Source: Phycisphaeraceae bacterium
GTDB lineage: Bacteria > Planctomycetota > Phycisphaerae > Phycisphaerales > Phycisphaeraceae
DNA: 64,000 bases
Assembly: GCA_963674705.1 (NCBI GenBank)
Contig: OY771506.1
Span: 1,600,001-1,664,000 of the forward strand
Direction of reading: 5' to 3'
Position numbers and translations under genes: made by a program. Within the stretch, counting starts at the first letter, position 1. Every line of letters starts with the position of its first letter. Positions 1 through 11,900 of the stretch are shown one piece after another. The notes beneath the pieces were generated by a model. It saw only the letters and a list, made by a program, of their open reading frames with translations, ran no database searches and was not told the DNA's origin.

Positions 1-570
1 ACGCAGAAAATCGATCCCGCCGCCCGAGACGATAAACGTTTTGAATCCGTTGGCACGCAGGTAGTCAAGCAGTTCCAATTGCGGCTGATATAAACAGTCC
101 GCGTACAGCCTGTCTAGTGTGGGGTGTTTGGCGGTGGCCAACCAATCCGCGACAGCCGCCCTGAATTCTTCCGCGGTCATGTTGGTGTGTGTTGCTGCAA
201 TAATCTTAGCCAGTCCCTCCTTGCCCGAAGCCATCACCGCTTCCATGTCGCCGGCCAAAACGCTCTTGAACGGTTCTGTCGTCTTCCATTCGGGGTGATC
301 CTCGGCCATCGCTTTGATGCGGTCCAAGGCGAAGATGAGTTGGAAGTAAGCGGGCTGTTCCGCCCAAAGACACCCGTCATTATCGAAAGTCGCGATCCGC
401 TCGGTTGGCGGGATATAGTCGGGTGAACCCTCTGTCGTTACCTTTTTGACGAAAGACACAATCGCCTGCTTTGTCGGCGTATCGTTCCATGACGCCAGAG
501 GATCATTTGATTGTGCCAACACTGTCGAGGCGGTCAGCCACAGGCTGAACAGGATCACCGGTATACGCAT
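1..570 (-). CDS. HAD-family hydrolase (secreted, sulfatase-associated); 3' end runs off the window
   Basis: Not in the ORF track. Manual translation from ATG at 570 (GGAG ribosome-binding site upstream) gives a signal peptide, DPLASWND, RIATFDNDGCLWAEQP (HAD motif I) and GFKTFIVSGGG (motif II); the frame is open to position 1. Confidence 0.85.
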   Translation of the reverse strand, partial: MRIPVILFSLWLTASTVLAQSNDPLASWNDTPTKQAIVSFVKKVTTEGSPDYIPPTERIATFDNDGCLWAEQPAYFQLIFALDRIKAMAEDHPEWKTTEPFKSVLAGDMEAVMASGKEGLAKIIAATHTNMTAEEFRAAVADWLATAKHPTLDRLYADCLYQPQLELLDYLRANGFKTFIVSGGGIDFLR

Positions 571-601
571 CGTTGTACTCCTTGGTAGACAAAGGTAAAA
601 G

Positions 602-631
602 CGTCTACCGGTCAATTAAGACAGGTAGACG
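602..631. terminator. Hairpin between the sulfatase and HAD genes (possible terminator or mRNA stabiliser)
   Basis: CGTCTACC-G-GTC / GAC-A-GGTAGACG inverted repeat. Confidence 0.4.
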
Positions 632-645
632 AAGAGTGTGGGTGG

Positions 646-2250
<1,605 letters not shown>

Positions 2251-2393
2251 AACTTTGATTTCCTCTTAATAAAGATAGATGAACAGTGGATACCTTGATG
2301 TCTCAACTTTAATTGGTTTAACGTCGTTGGTTTTGCCCCTTACTCAAAGGGCTTTGTCCTCATGGAGCTTCCATAGTCATTGTGAGTTTCTTA

Positions 2394-3245
2394 TTACTTT
2401 GGGAACAGCAGGGTTAATTGCACGCGCACACCCCATTCGGGACCGTTGTCCGGTGCTTCGATGTAGTACCTCGGTCCGGCCATCAGACTCATCTGCTGAC
2501 CGCCGAGGTTGAAGACTTTCGAGCTGTTGGCGAACACCGGGATCGTCCACTCTTCGGTCTCCCAGTTGTAGGTCGCCTCCATATTGCCGCCCACGCTCCA
2601 GCCTCCGCCGACGGCATACGATACAAACGGTTGCAAGAATGTTGAGTTTATCTGGGGGCGGTCGATGAAGAATGTGTCGTAATTGTCTGTTTCACCGATC
2701 GACCAGATATGATTGGCGAGGATGCCGTAGGTCCACTGTCCGTCCGCGACGAGAACCACGCCAGTCGGACCGATGCCCCACTGTTCGGCGCTGAAAATAT
2801 CTACGCTTGCGGTGGGCAGGTAGAAAACCGGTCCGACACCCCATGTGATTTTGCTGTCGGTCCGCGGGCTGAAGAAGAAGCTCTGGACAACATCGCCCAA
2901 TCCATATTTGTCTTTGAACGTTAAAGCTGAGGCTTGGTTGTTCTGATAGATGATTGGCACGATCGTTCGGCTGATCAGCATCCAGTCTTCATTCAATTCG
3001 ATCGGGATGACCGGCTGAACATTGAGCGTGTATCGTACGCCTTCGTTACGCGGCCCGGAACCGAAGTCAAGATTCGATTGCATCGGAATGCTGACAAGAT
3101 TCGCGATCGGATTAGCAAGTTGTTTGGCCAGGTCATCCGCGGTGGGGCCCCCCGCTTGCTCTCCGCTTTGAGCCAGCACCGGCATGATATTGACAGACAC
3201 ACCTAGCAAACAGGCAAAGAACAGGAGGCGTGCTTGTTTAAACAC
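2394..3245 (-). CDS. Putative outer-membrane beta-barrel protein of the family often found next to sulfatases
   Basis: Signal peptide, LAKQLANPIANLVSIP motif, amphipathic strands, C-terminal VQLTLLFPK. GTG at 3245 has an AAGGGG ribosome-binding site; the ORF track starts at 3302. Confidence 0.7.
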   Translation of the reverse strand: MFKQARLLFFACLLGVSVNIMPVLAQSGEQAGGPTADDLAKQLANPIANLVSIPMQSNLDFGSGPRNEGVRYTLNVQPVIPIELNEDWMLISRTIVPIIYQNNQASALTFKDKYGLGDVVQSFFFSPRTDSKITWGVGPVFYLPTASVDIFSAEQWGIGPTGVVLVADGQWTYGILANHIWSIGETDNYDTFFIDRPQINSTFLQPFVSYAVGGGWSVGGNMEATYNWETEEWTIPVFANSSKVFNLGGQQMSLMAGPRYYIEAPDNGPEWGVRVQLTLLFPK

Positions 3246-3755
3246 TTCAATACCCCTTAGGTAATAACGTATTAATACACACTGAATCCGCGTGGTATTC
3301 ACGCGATATGTTTTTCATCATATTCATATGATGTGTTAAGCCCTCTGATCGTCCGGGTGCATGACTATGCCCATGGTCAGCATATGAGCCCGGTTGTGTC
3401 TATTTTTGTGTTACCACGTCCCTGATACACATACTCTACACGAGAGCATCGCCGTCTGTTGCTACAAATCAAAGATCCCACCACATCAGAACATATTGTG
3501 GGGACGTATTAAAGGTAAAGAAAATGAGGTCGATCCATCGGAAGTTGTATGAATCGCGTCCTGCAACCAGCTTGAAATCTACCAGACTGATGCAGGAGGG
3601 TCAACTATTTTAGTGTGTGACAATTGTTTACTAATGTAATTCAACACAGGATTTAAATAAAGATTGAAAAGTCTGTATAGGTTTGGGTTATAATTCCCAA
3701 CTTAGACCGTTAATGATCTATCAACCTGTCCGGTAGGTGAGTTACGTCGTATTCG

Positions 3756-3772
3756 TTAACAGTTGCTTAACA
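3756..3772 (+). promoter_or_regulatory. Candidate Pho-box/OmpR-family direct repeat TTAACA-N5-TTAACA
   Basis: Perfect 11-bp-spaced TTAACA pair, identical to the units upstream of phoB. Confidence 0.4.
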
Positions 3773-3877
3773 GGTATGGATCATTGAAGTAATAGCGATA
3801 TCTATGGCCGTATTCTATCCTTTACACAAATACGTTAGCTCGCGAAACACCAACCGATTCTGATTAAGAGACTTCTC

Positions 3878-4660
3878 ATGATTCGACACACGATTTACTT
3901 ATTTGCGATCTTTAATTTCGTTCTAAGTTCAGCTCAGGCTCAATCGACAACAGAAATTGAACCGCGGGCCAAGGAAGTGCTCAAGAGTGCTTGCGATCTG
4001 TTGAAGGATAGTCAGAAGATCCAATATTCCGGAGAGATCACGCGAGAGCTGCTGCTTGATGACGGCCAGAAAGTGACGCTGTCATCTCAACGCTGGATCG
4101 CGATGCAGCGGCCTGACAAGCTCAAACTCTACGGCAAGGGGGATTACAACTTCGTACAGCTCTACTACAACAATAACCGTATCCTGCTTCAGGACCTGAT
4201 GTCCAAGAAGTATGCCTTCCTCGATGCTCGCGAAACCATCGATGAAACCTTCGACATGCTCGCCCAGGAATACGCAGTCGTTATGCCGATGGCGGACCTG
4301 CTGGTCAGCGATCCGTATCAGTCGCTTATGGCAAGCGCCAAGCAAGGCACTTATATCGGTCTGCATCCCGTCCGTGGTATTCAGTGCCATCACCTGGCGT
4401 TCCGTGCTGGCGTGATGGACTGGCAGATCTGGATTGACGCCGGTGAAAAACCGCTGATCCGAAAGTTCACGATCACGAGCGTAACCCTGCCCGGTGAGCC
4501 GGACTGGTCCGTCGAAATCAATGATTGGGACCTCAATCCCACATTCAACGAAGCGACTTTCAGCCTCACGCCGCCTGAGTATCATGAAGAGATTTCGATG
4601 AAAGAACTGATCGAACAGCTTCGTGCCAACCAAGGTGAACAGGACGCTTCCAACGAATAA
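3878..4660 (+). CDS. DUF2092-family periplasmic protein
   Basis: Signal peptide; QRPDKL, PMADLL, CHHLAFR and DWQIWI..GEKPL motifs typical of DUF2092. Confidence 0.8.
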   Translation: MIRHTIYLFAIFNFVLSSAQAQSTTEIEPRAKEVLKSACDLLKDSQKIQYSGEITRELLLDDGQKVTLSSQRWIAMQRPDKLKLYGKGDYNFVQLYYNNNRILLQDLMSKKYAFLDARETIDETFDMLAQEYAVVMPMADLLVSDPYQSLMASAKQGTYIGLHPVRGIQCHHLAFRAGVMDWQIWIDAGEKPLIRKFTITSVTLPGEPDWSVEINDWDLNPTFNEATFSLTPPEYHEEISMKELIEQLRANQGEQDASNE

Positions 4661-4693
4661 CAGGAGTGTCGGCACATAACTAAACGCCGGCAG

Positions 4694-5197
4694 ATGAAAA
4701 TGCATCACCGAAAAATCACGCTGTCAGGTCGTTCGCTTAGCCTGCTTTGTCTCGTTCTTGTTTCTAGCTCCGTCCTCCTTGCACAGATCCAGGTGGACAT
4801 GCGCGCCGATGGCCCTGCGGGACAAGCGCCGTCTGTACGATACGGTGAAGTCCAGACACAGGTCCAGACGCGATTGCTCCCATCCGAAGTGCGATACAAC
4901 CGCTCCGCCTCCGGCATGCTGCCTTCCGAATACCGGTATTCGGTACACGGCAGCGGCAGGCTCCCTTCCCAAGGGCCGCCTCCCAATATCGGCCAGCCAA
5001 CGTCACAGCGATTAACCAGCCAAACAACCACGGGTGGTGCGCCAAACTTCCAGGATGTCCAACGGCACTACGATAAAATCGGCGCGAACGCCTCCTATAA
5101 CACCCCGTCGTTGCGGTACAGCCCGAGCACCCGGGTCGATACCTATGTCCAGCCCGACCACAACTTCAAACCCCCGTCAGCCCCCGGAATGCCTTGA
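4694..5197 (+). CDS. Hypothetical secreted low-complexity protein with repeated PS-x(1-2)-RY motifs
   Basis: Follows DUF2092 by 33 nt; hydrophobic signal peptide; PSVRY, PSEVRY, PSEYRY, PSLRY. Confidence 0.6.
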   Translation: MKMHHRKITLSGRSLSLLCLVLVSSSVLLAQIQVDMRADGPAGQAPSVRYGEVQTQVQTRLLPSEVRYNRSASGMLPSEYRYSVHGSGRLPSQGPPPNIGQPTSQRLTSQTTTGGAPNFQDVQRHYDKIGANASYNTPSLRYSPSTRVDTYVQPDHNFKPPSAPGMP

Positions 5198-5470
5198 AGC
5201 CTGATTGTTTGGTAGTTCGCAATCTCACAAGTCCTTTGTCGTGCTTACAACCCCCGATCGAGATGTGGCCTGCCCGGTGTTGTCACTGCCAGGACACGAT
5301 ATTAATCCATTGATTGCAATGGATTAAATGTTTTTTTTCATTTTCGGGTTCTTGTGGTATACTGATAATAACAACAGGCAAAATGCGCAGCTTTGAAATT
5401 GCGGAGGCAGACGGGGCTTAGGCCCTGTTTGCCGGGCTGTGTGTCTATTCTTATCAGTCGGAGTTGTCGC

Positions 5471-8400
5471 GTGACAAGGTCCAGGTCGTGGCGGGATTCA
5501 CTCATCTGTCGGTCTGCTCGTCGTTGCTCAAGTAGCGCGGACGCGGTATCGACGAGTGATCACTTTACAGGTCTCGAAGTCCTCGAACCGCGCTGGCTGC
5601 TCAGCGCCACACACCTGTACACCTTCAACGATGGCCTGGGCACCGACTCGATCGGCCGCATCAACCTCGACCTGGTCAACGGCGTCAACGTCTCCGCGGG
5701 CAAAGCCATACTCAACAACACCGGCATCACCAGCGGCGACACCGACAACATCCAATACCTCGATCTGCCCGCCGCCGCGATCCCCGGCACTGGCCCACTC
5801 ACGCTCGAAGTCTGGTTCTCTTCCAACGACACCACCAACTGGACGCGCATACTAGACTTCGGCGATCAATCCGGCGTCTACGGCAATTCCTACCTCTTCT
5901 ACACACCCCAGTCCTCCTACAGCGACGCCCGCCTCGTGCTCCGTCCCGATGCCGGCACTGAAGTCGTCGCCTCGTCCGGCACGACAAACGATGGCCAGCA
6001 GCACATGCTCGCCGCCGTCGTTGATCCTTCCGCCGACACGATGCTCGTTTATATCGACGGCAACGAAGTCGCGACCACAGCACTCAATGGCACCGGTATA
6101 GAGGACATCAACCAGGTCTACGCCTACTTCGGCAGATCGCTTTACGATCAGGATGCCGGCTTCACCGGCGCGTTCGATCAGATCACCATCTACGACGAAG
6201 CACGCACCGCTTCAGCGATCGCAACAACCTACGCAGACGGCCCTACACCCGCGCCGGACGCGTATCCTGAGAATCCCACCCAATACGCCAGGCAAGTCGA
6301 AAACCTTGACCGAGGTTTGGTCGCGTTGCGTACTTCCTCTACGCAGGTCTACATGAGCTGGCGTTTGCTCGGTCTCGACCCAAGTGATATCGCGTTCAAC
6401 GTCTACCGAAGCACAAGCGGATCTATCGCTGTTAAACTCAACAGTTCGCCGATCAACCAGACCACCGACTTCATCGATAGCAATGCAAACCAGAGCCAGA
6501 CGCATACCTACCTCATCCGACCTGTCATCGATGGCGTGGAGGGTGATCCGAGCAAGTCTTTCATCGTCGAAGCCAACGGCGGGACGAGGCCTTACCTCAG
6601 CGTGCCGATCGAGCCACCGCCCAGCGGCGTGACCGATGACGGCGAAGCCTATGACTATGTCGCCAACGATTCCAGCGTCGGCGACCTGGACGGTGACGGG
6701 GATTACGAGATCATCGTCAAGTGGCAGCCAACCAACGAGAAGCACGCCGGCGTCAACGGCCAGACCGGCAACACCATCTTCGATGCCTACACGCTCGAAG
6801 GTGTAAGACTTTGGCGCATCGACCTGGGCATCAACATCCGTTCCGGCCCGCAATACAACCCCTTCCTCGTCTACGACTTCAATGGCGACGGTCTCGCCGA
6901 ACTGGTGACCCGTACAGCCCCCGGCACAGTCGACGGGCTGGGCAATGATGTCATCATCAACGGCGACGATCCCGACGCCGACTGGCGCAATGAATGGGGG
7001 CACATCAACGACGGTCCCGAATACCTCACGGTCTTTGATGGTCTGACTGGCGAAAATCTCGCGACCGTGAACCTCGAACCCGCGCGCGGCGAACTCTACT
7101 CATGGGGTGATACCTACGGCAACCGTGCCAACCAGTTTCTCATGGCGGCTGCTTACCTGGATGGGCAGCGGCCAAGCATCGTCGTCGCCCGTGACTACAA
7201 CATGCCGCAAACGGGATTGCCCGGCCGTGACGAGTTGGCTGCTTTCAACTGGCGCGATGGTGAGCTTACGCTCGAATGGCACTTCAAAGCAGGTATCGAC
7301 TGGTACAACAACGAAAACTCCGAGTACGTCGGCCAAGGCAACCACCAGCTCAGCGTCGCTGACGTCGACGGCGACGGGTACGACGAAATCATCCGCGGTG
7401 CTTCGATCATCGATCAAGACGGCACAGGCTACCTCTCCACCGGTGCGGGCCACGGTGACGCCATGCACGTCGGCGACCTCGACCCCACCAATCCCGGCAT
7501 CGAAGTCTTCAGTGTGCATCAGCATCCGTCCGCGTATTCAAACGTCCAGGGGGTGAACGTCGGCGGATTCTTGTACGACGCGGCCGACGGCTCTGTCATT
7601 GTCGGTATCGACGGCCATGACGCCGACGTCGGGCGAGGCGTCGCCATGGACATCGATCCCAACTACGCCGGCGCCGAGATGTGGACCAGCGCTGATGACG
7701 GCATCTGGAACGTAGACGGCACACGCATCTACGGCAAGCCCTCCAACATGTTCCAGAACTTCGGCGTCTGGTGGGATGGCGACCTGCTGCGCGAATTGAT
7801 GGATCGCACGTACATCAGCAAGTGGCACTACGAATGGAGCACGCCCGGCAGGCAGAACATCGTGCAGGCCTGGGAATACGGCGCATCAACAAACAACGGC
7901 ACAAAAGAAACGCCCTGCCTCTCCGGCGATATCCTCGGCGACTGGCGCGAAGAAGTTATCTGGCGCAACGTCGACAGCACTGAACTTCAGATCTGGACCA
8001 CTACCATCCCCGCCCAGAGCCGCCTGTTCACGCTGATGCACGACACGCAGTACCGCGAAGCGATCGCCTGGCAAAACAACATCTACAACCAGCCCCCCAC
8101 CACCAGCTTCTTCCTCGGCGCAGGTATGGAAACGCCTGGCCAGCCGATGGTCTACTACGTTGGTGAAATCGAAGGCGGTCTCACCGGTGACCTCGACTAC
8201 GACGGCTTCGTCGGCCTCTCCGATCTCGACCTCATCCTCAACAACTGGAACCTCACCGTCCGCGACAACCACCCCGCCGACACCAACGGCGACAACTTCA
8301 TCGGCCTCGCCGACCTCGACACCGTCTTGAATGACTGGAACAAAGGCACGCCCCCCACCGCGGAAACCGAAGTGCTGATCCAGACCCTACAAACCCAGGA

Positions 8401-8641
8401 ACTCACCGCGACCGCCGCTTCAATATCGCAGCAAACCGCAACAGTCCAACAGCAACCAGCATTATGCCTACGCAATACAACGAAGTCACAAAGCACTTTC
8501 ACCCAAGACTTCCAAGCCGCATTTGCTCAGATGTCGTTCCCCCAAAGCCATCGTACCACACACGCCGCCGCCAACCTCAGCTACACCCCGCTTGCTCTGG
8601 AGTCGAGCGACACTACAGAGGCATTTGGTCTGTGGGAATAG
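5471..8641 (+). CDS. Extracellular multidomain enzyme: planctomycete LEPRxLLS motif, LamG-like domain, PL11-type rhamnogalacturonan lyase (YesW/YesX-like), dockerin-like tag
   Basis: LEVLEPRWLLS; WTRILDFG (LamG); RQVENLDRGLVA, NDSSVGDLDGDGDYEIIVKW, GQGNHQLSVADVD, GHGDAMH, NNGTKETPCL, YNQPP (PL11); paired GDLDYDGFVGLSDL repeats. GTG at 5471 has a GGAG ribosome-binding site; the ORF track starts at 5393. Confidence 0.88.
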   Translation: MTRSRSWRDSLICRSARRCSSSADAVSTSDHFTGLEVLEPRWLLSATHLYTFNDGLGTDSIGRINLDLVNGVNVSAGKAILNNTGITSGDTDNIQYLDLPAAAIPGTGPLTLEVWFSSNDTTNWTRILDFGDQSGVYGNSYLFYTPQSSYSDARLVLRPDAGTEVVASSGTTNDGQQHMLAAVVDPSADTMLVYIDGNEVATTALNGTGIEDINQVYAYFGRSLYDQDAGFTGAFDQITIYDEARTASAIATTYADGPTPAPDAYPENPTQYARQVENLDRGLVALRTSSTQVYMSWRLLGLDPSDIAFNVYRSTSGSIAVKLNSSPINQTTDFIDSNANQSQTHTYLIRPVIDGVEGDPSKSFIVEANGGTRPYLSVPIEPPPSGVTDDGEAYDYVANDSSVGDLDGDGDYEIIVKWQPTNEKHAGVNGQTGNTIFDAYTLEGVRLWRIDLGINIRSGPQYNPFLVYDFNGDGLAELVTRTAPGTVDGLGNDVIINGDDPDADWRNEWGHINDGPEYLTVFDGLTGENLATVNLEPARGELYSWGDTYGNRANQFLMAAAYLDGQRPSIVVARDYNMPQTGLPGRDELAAFNWRDGELTLEWHFKAGIDWYNNENSEYVGQGNHQLSVADVDGDGYDEIIRGASIIDQDGTGYLSTGAGHGDAMHVGDLDPTNPGIEVFSVHQHPSAYSNVQGVNVGGFLYDAADGSVIVGIDGHDADVGRGVAMDIDPNYAGAEMWTSADDGIWNVDGTRIYGKPSNMFQNFGVWWDGDLLRELMDRTYISKWHYEWSTPGRQNIVQAWEYGASTNNGTKETPCLSGDILGDWREEVIWRNVDSTELQIWTTTIPAQSRLFTLMHDTQYREAIAWQNNIYNQPPTTSFFLGAGMETPGQPMVYYVGEIEGGLTGDLDYDGFVGLSDLDLILNNWNLTVRDNHPADTNGDNFIGLADLDTVLNDWNKGTPPTAETEVLIQTLQTQELTATAASISQQTATVQQQPALCLRNTTKSQSTFTQDFQAAFAQMSFPQSHRTTHAAANLSYTPLALESSDTTEAFGLWE

Positions 8642-8671
8642 TCAGCAAACATTTGGATATCCCCCAAAAAA

Positions 8672-8717
8672 CAAAAAACCCTTGAGCTAAATCCATTAGC
8701 CCAAGGGTTTTGTGTTT
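8672..8717. terminator. Bidirectional intrinsic terminator between the lyase gene and tRNA-Ser
   Basis: AAAACCCTTG-A-GCTAA / TTAGC-C-CAAGGGTTTT stem flanked by A- and T-tracts. Confidence 0.75.
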
Positions 8718-8720
8718 AAG

Positions 8721-8810
8721 CGGAGAGGGCGGGATTCGAACCCGCGGAACAGGTAAAACCCGTTCGACGATTTAGCAAACCGTTGCCTTCAGCCGCTCGG
8801 CCACCTCTCC
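8721..8810 (-). tRNA. tRNA-Ser(GCT)
   Basis: Reverse complement GGAGAGGTGGCCGAGCGGCTGAAGGC...TTGCTAA...GGTTCGAATCCCGCCCTCTCCG; long variable arm; CCA not encoded. Confidence 0.96.
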
Positions 8811-8857
8811 GGGGTGTCGCTGTGGGAGGCTCTCGCCTTGCCACGCGGCAGAGATGC

Positions 8858-8885
8858 ATTGTAGCTAGAACCCCCCGAGTCTCAA
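8858..8885 (-). promoter_or_regulatory. Sigma70-type promoter of tRNA-Ser
   Basis: TTGAGA-N16-TACAAT on the minus strand. Confidence 0.55.
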
Positions 8886-8926
8886 GGGGGACAATATCAC
8901 ATGGGCTGTTGGGTGTCGCAAGAGTG

Positions 8927-8969
8927 AAAAAGGGGTGGCGGGGCGGGGGAAACGCGCCCGCCACCCTTT
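8927..8969 (-). terminator. Intrinsic terminator of the giant PEP-CTERM gene
   Basis: GGGTGGCGGG...CCCGCCACCC stem followed by TTTTT on the minus strand, just after the stop at 8976. Confidence 0.75.
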
Positions 8970-8975
8970 GTCGCC

Positions 8976-11900
8976 TCATCCTCGCCGTATCAGCGCCAGG
9001 CCCGTCAGCCCTAGCACGATCAATGTTGCCGGCTCTGGGATGCTGATCTGCCCAGCAGGCGGTGGCGAACCCGCGTTCCAGTTGCTCAACACGAGGTCCA
9101 GGTCATCCAGGCCGACGAATCCATCACCGCTGGGATCAGCAAGCGGGTTGCCGGGCGGGACCGTCTGATTCCAGTTGCTCAGGACGATGTCCAGGTCGTC
9201 GAGTCCAACGAAGCCGTCTCCGTTCAAGTCGCCTTCCAGTGCGGCATTGATCACTTCCAACTGCACAGTGGTCGACAGGTAGTTGACTCTGAACCCAAGA
9301 TCACCAGCCAGTGTCGGCAGGTTTTCGACGCTGAACGTGCCCACGCGTGAGCCCGCGCTGATGATGTTGAACGTCTGTCCCAGGGACGGTGAGAAACCAC
9401 CGATGATTGAGACATCGAGCACACCATCCAGGTCAGCGGTCCCGGTCACCAGCCATTGGTCGAATTCCATGCCGGGGAACAGGCCGCCGATCTCGATCTC
9501 GATGACGCCAACGGAACCCTGTGTGAGTTCGGCAACCGTTGCCTGGCCCGGCGAAGTTCCCAGAACGAGGGTACCTTGGTTCACCACTTCGACGCCTATC
9601 GTTGCGCCGTCTTCGACAGTCAGTGTCGACGTACTGAGCACGCCCAGTTTGTTGGTACCGCTGAAGGTTGCACCGGCCCTAACCGTCATATCCTGCTTGA
9701 TCTTGAGGTCGGCGTTGATAATAGTGTTTGAACTCGATTGGAATATACCCGGCGCGTCCAGTTCGGAGATCGAGCCGTTAACAGAAAGATCTCCAGCAAA
9801 GGTTTGACTCACATTCGAGCGATAGACCCCCCCGGCAAGGTTGAGTGACGAATCGGAGTTGAAGTCCAGGTTGAAGTCTTCGACGTAGGCATGATGACTC
9901 AAACCAATGTTGAGCGTGCCGTCGAAGCCGTACGAGATAGAGGGATACGTCAATTCCAGGTCCCCATCGATCGCGTTGAGTGTCCCCGTCTCCGTTCCGC
10001 CATCGAAGTCGGAGCCGTTGAGTATGAGTGCCCCGCCGTTGGCGGAGACCTGTGTGTTATTGATGAGCGGTGCATTGATAGTTCCGAAGCCGGAAATGCC
10101 CGCGGGCAGTTCATTTGTGATGGTACCGCCTTCAAACGAACCGCCGTTAAGCACAACGTTGTCGGCGCGGTTGGTGTTCCAAGGTCGTGAAGAATCCAAC
10201 ACGCCGTCGGAATCGGCTGTGCCGATCGTGCCGACATCTACGATCTCACCATTGATGTAGAGTGTGCCGTTGTCGGCTAACAACGTTGCATTATTCTGGA
10301 AGTTGATAGAGGTGTCGATCGTACCGTAGCCGACCAAGGCGTCGCCGTTGGAAGCCCGTAGCATGCCCAGGCCAGTGATGGTGCCACCGATCAATCGATT
10401 CGGGTCTGCCAGGCTGCCGCCCCCGAATTGGATAGCGTTGTCGGCGGCAACAGTGTTGACGGTTCCATAGATGTCGGCCCTGGCGCCCCATACGGAGTAA
10501 CCATTGAGCCCGGAAACATTGACGTTGCCGTAGACGTTGACGTCCGAACCATAAATGCCGTTATTGACTAGCGGTCCGCCACTAGTATTGAAGTTCACAA
10601 TGGCTTGGCTGTTGATGGTCCACTCATCGTTTGGGTCGGTGAGGTTGACGATCAGGTCGGCTTTACCGTTAAGTTGCAGGATATTGGTGCCGGCGGCATT
10701 TGTCTTGCCGAAGGAATACATGGTGTCGGCATTGATGGTGGTGTCGGCGTTGAGCGTTACGGTATTGCCGACGGCATCGGTGCTGCCGCCGTCGAGGTCC
10801 ACTGCACCGCCGGGCATGTCAATGGTCGTGGTTTCCTCGAACGTGGTCGTGCCGCCGATCAGGAGCGTCCCGTTACCTACGAACTGAGCGCTGTCGGTGC
10901 CGTTGTCGCTGTAGAAGGTCGTGGTACCCGCAAGCCGTAGTGACGCCCCCGCGCTGATATTAACGACAGCGTCCGCATAAAACTCTACCGTTGTGGATAT
11001 GTAAGATTGGCCCGAGCCGCCAACGTAAATAGCTCCATGGCTGTCAGCGGTATCGTCGTTGCCGATCCGGATCATGTTGCCGGTAACAACGGCCGCGCCG
11101 GAACCGGTGTTATTCAGATTTAATGTCCCGTCCATGATCCAGTACGTGTTGCTGGTCATTTCCATGTCGAGTTTGCCGCTGTTGAGCGTGAGTGCTTCGT
11201 CATATTTTTGTACGGCGCCGGTCTCGATATAGTCCGAGGCAATAGTCAGCACGCCGCCGGGCTCGATAGTCGTCGACCCGTAGTCGAAGTCGAACACTTC
11301 GACATTGACGGTCGATTCACCGGTCACAAACAGATCGGCTTGCAGCCGAACGGTGGAGGTGGCAACAGACCGGTCGATCGTATCGAGGATGTCGCCGCCA
11401 TCGAGCGTAATGGTGTGTAGATAGTCAATGAATACAGCTCCACCGGACCCGACAATGGTGATGTCGGTGCCCGAACCCGCTGTTGAACCCTCTTGCAGTA
11501 TCACGTTGGTGTAGATGTTGGCCCCGCCATCGACTCTGATTGTGCCGTTGCCCTGAACCTTTAGCTCATCACCATACAGAGCCGGCGTACCCGAGCCGGT
11601 GTCGGTCATGTTCAGCACGCCGTCCAACTCCCACTGGTCATCCGCGACGTTCACATCGAGTGTGCCGGAGTTGATGTTGATCGTGCCGTCATGCCGATCG
11701 TTACCGCCGTCGACGTTGGTGGCGTTGATCGTAAGTGTCACGCCGGGATAGATCGTGGTCGTATCCGAGCCGGCGCCGTCCCAGTCGTAGGTGCCGATTG
11801 TGATGGTCTGGTCCGCAGTAACGATGTTATCGCCCGGTTGGATGATGCCCGTACCGGTGACTGTGGTGCCCGCCCACTCTGTATCTCCATATAGGAGCAG

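Noticed and set aside
8716..9046. Short ORFs at 8716-8979 and 8783-9046 (also 13715-13969)
   Set aside because: They overlap tRNA genes, promoters and terminators; spurious.
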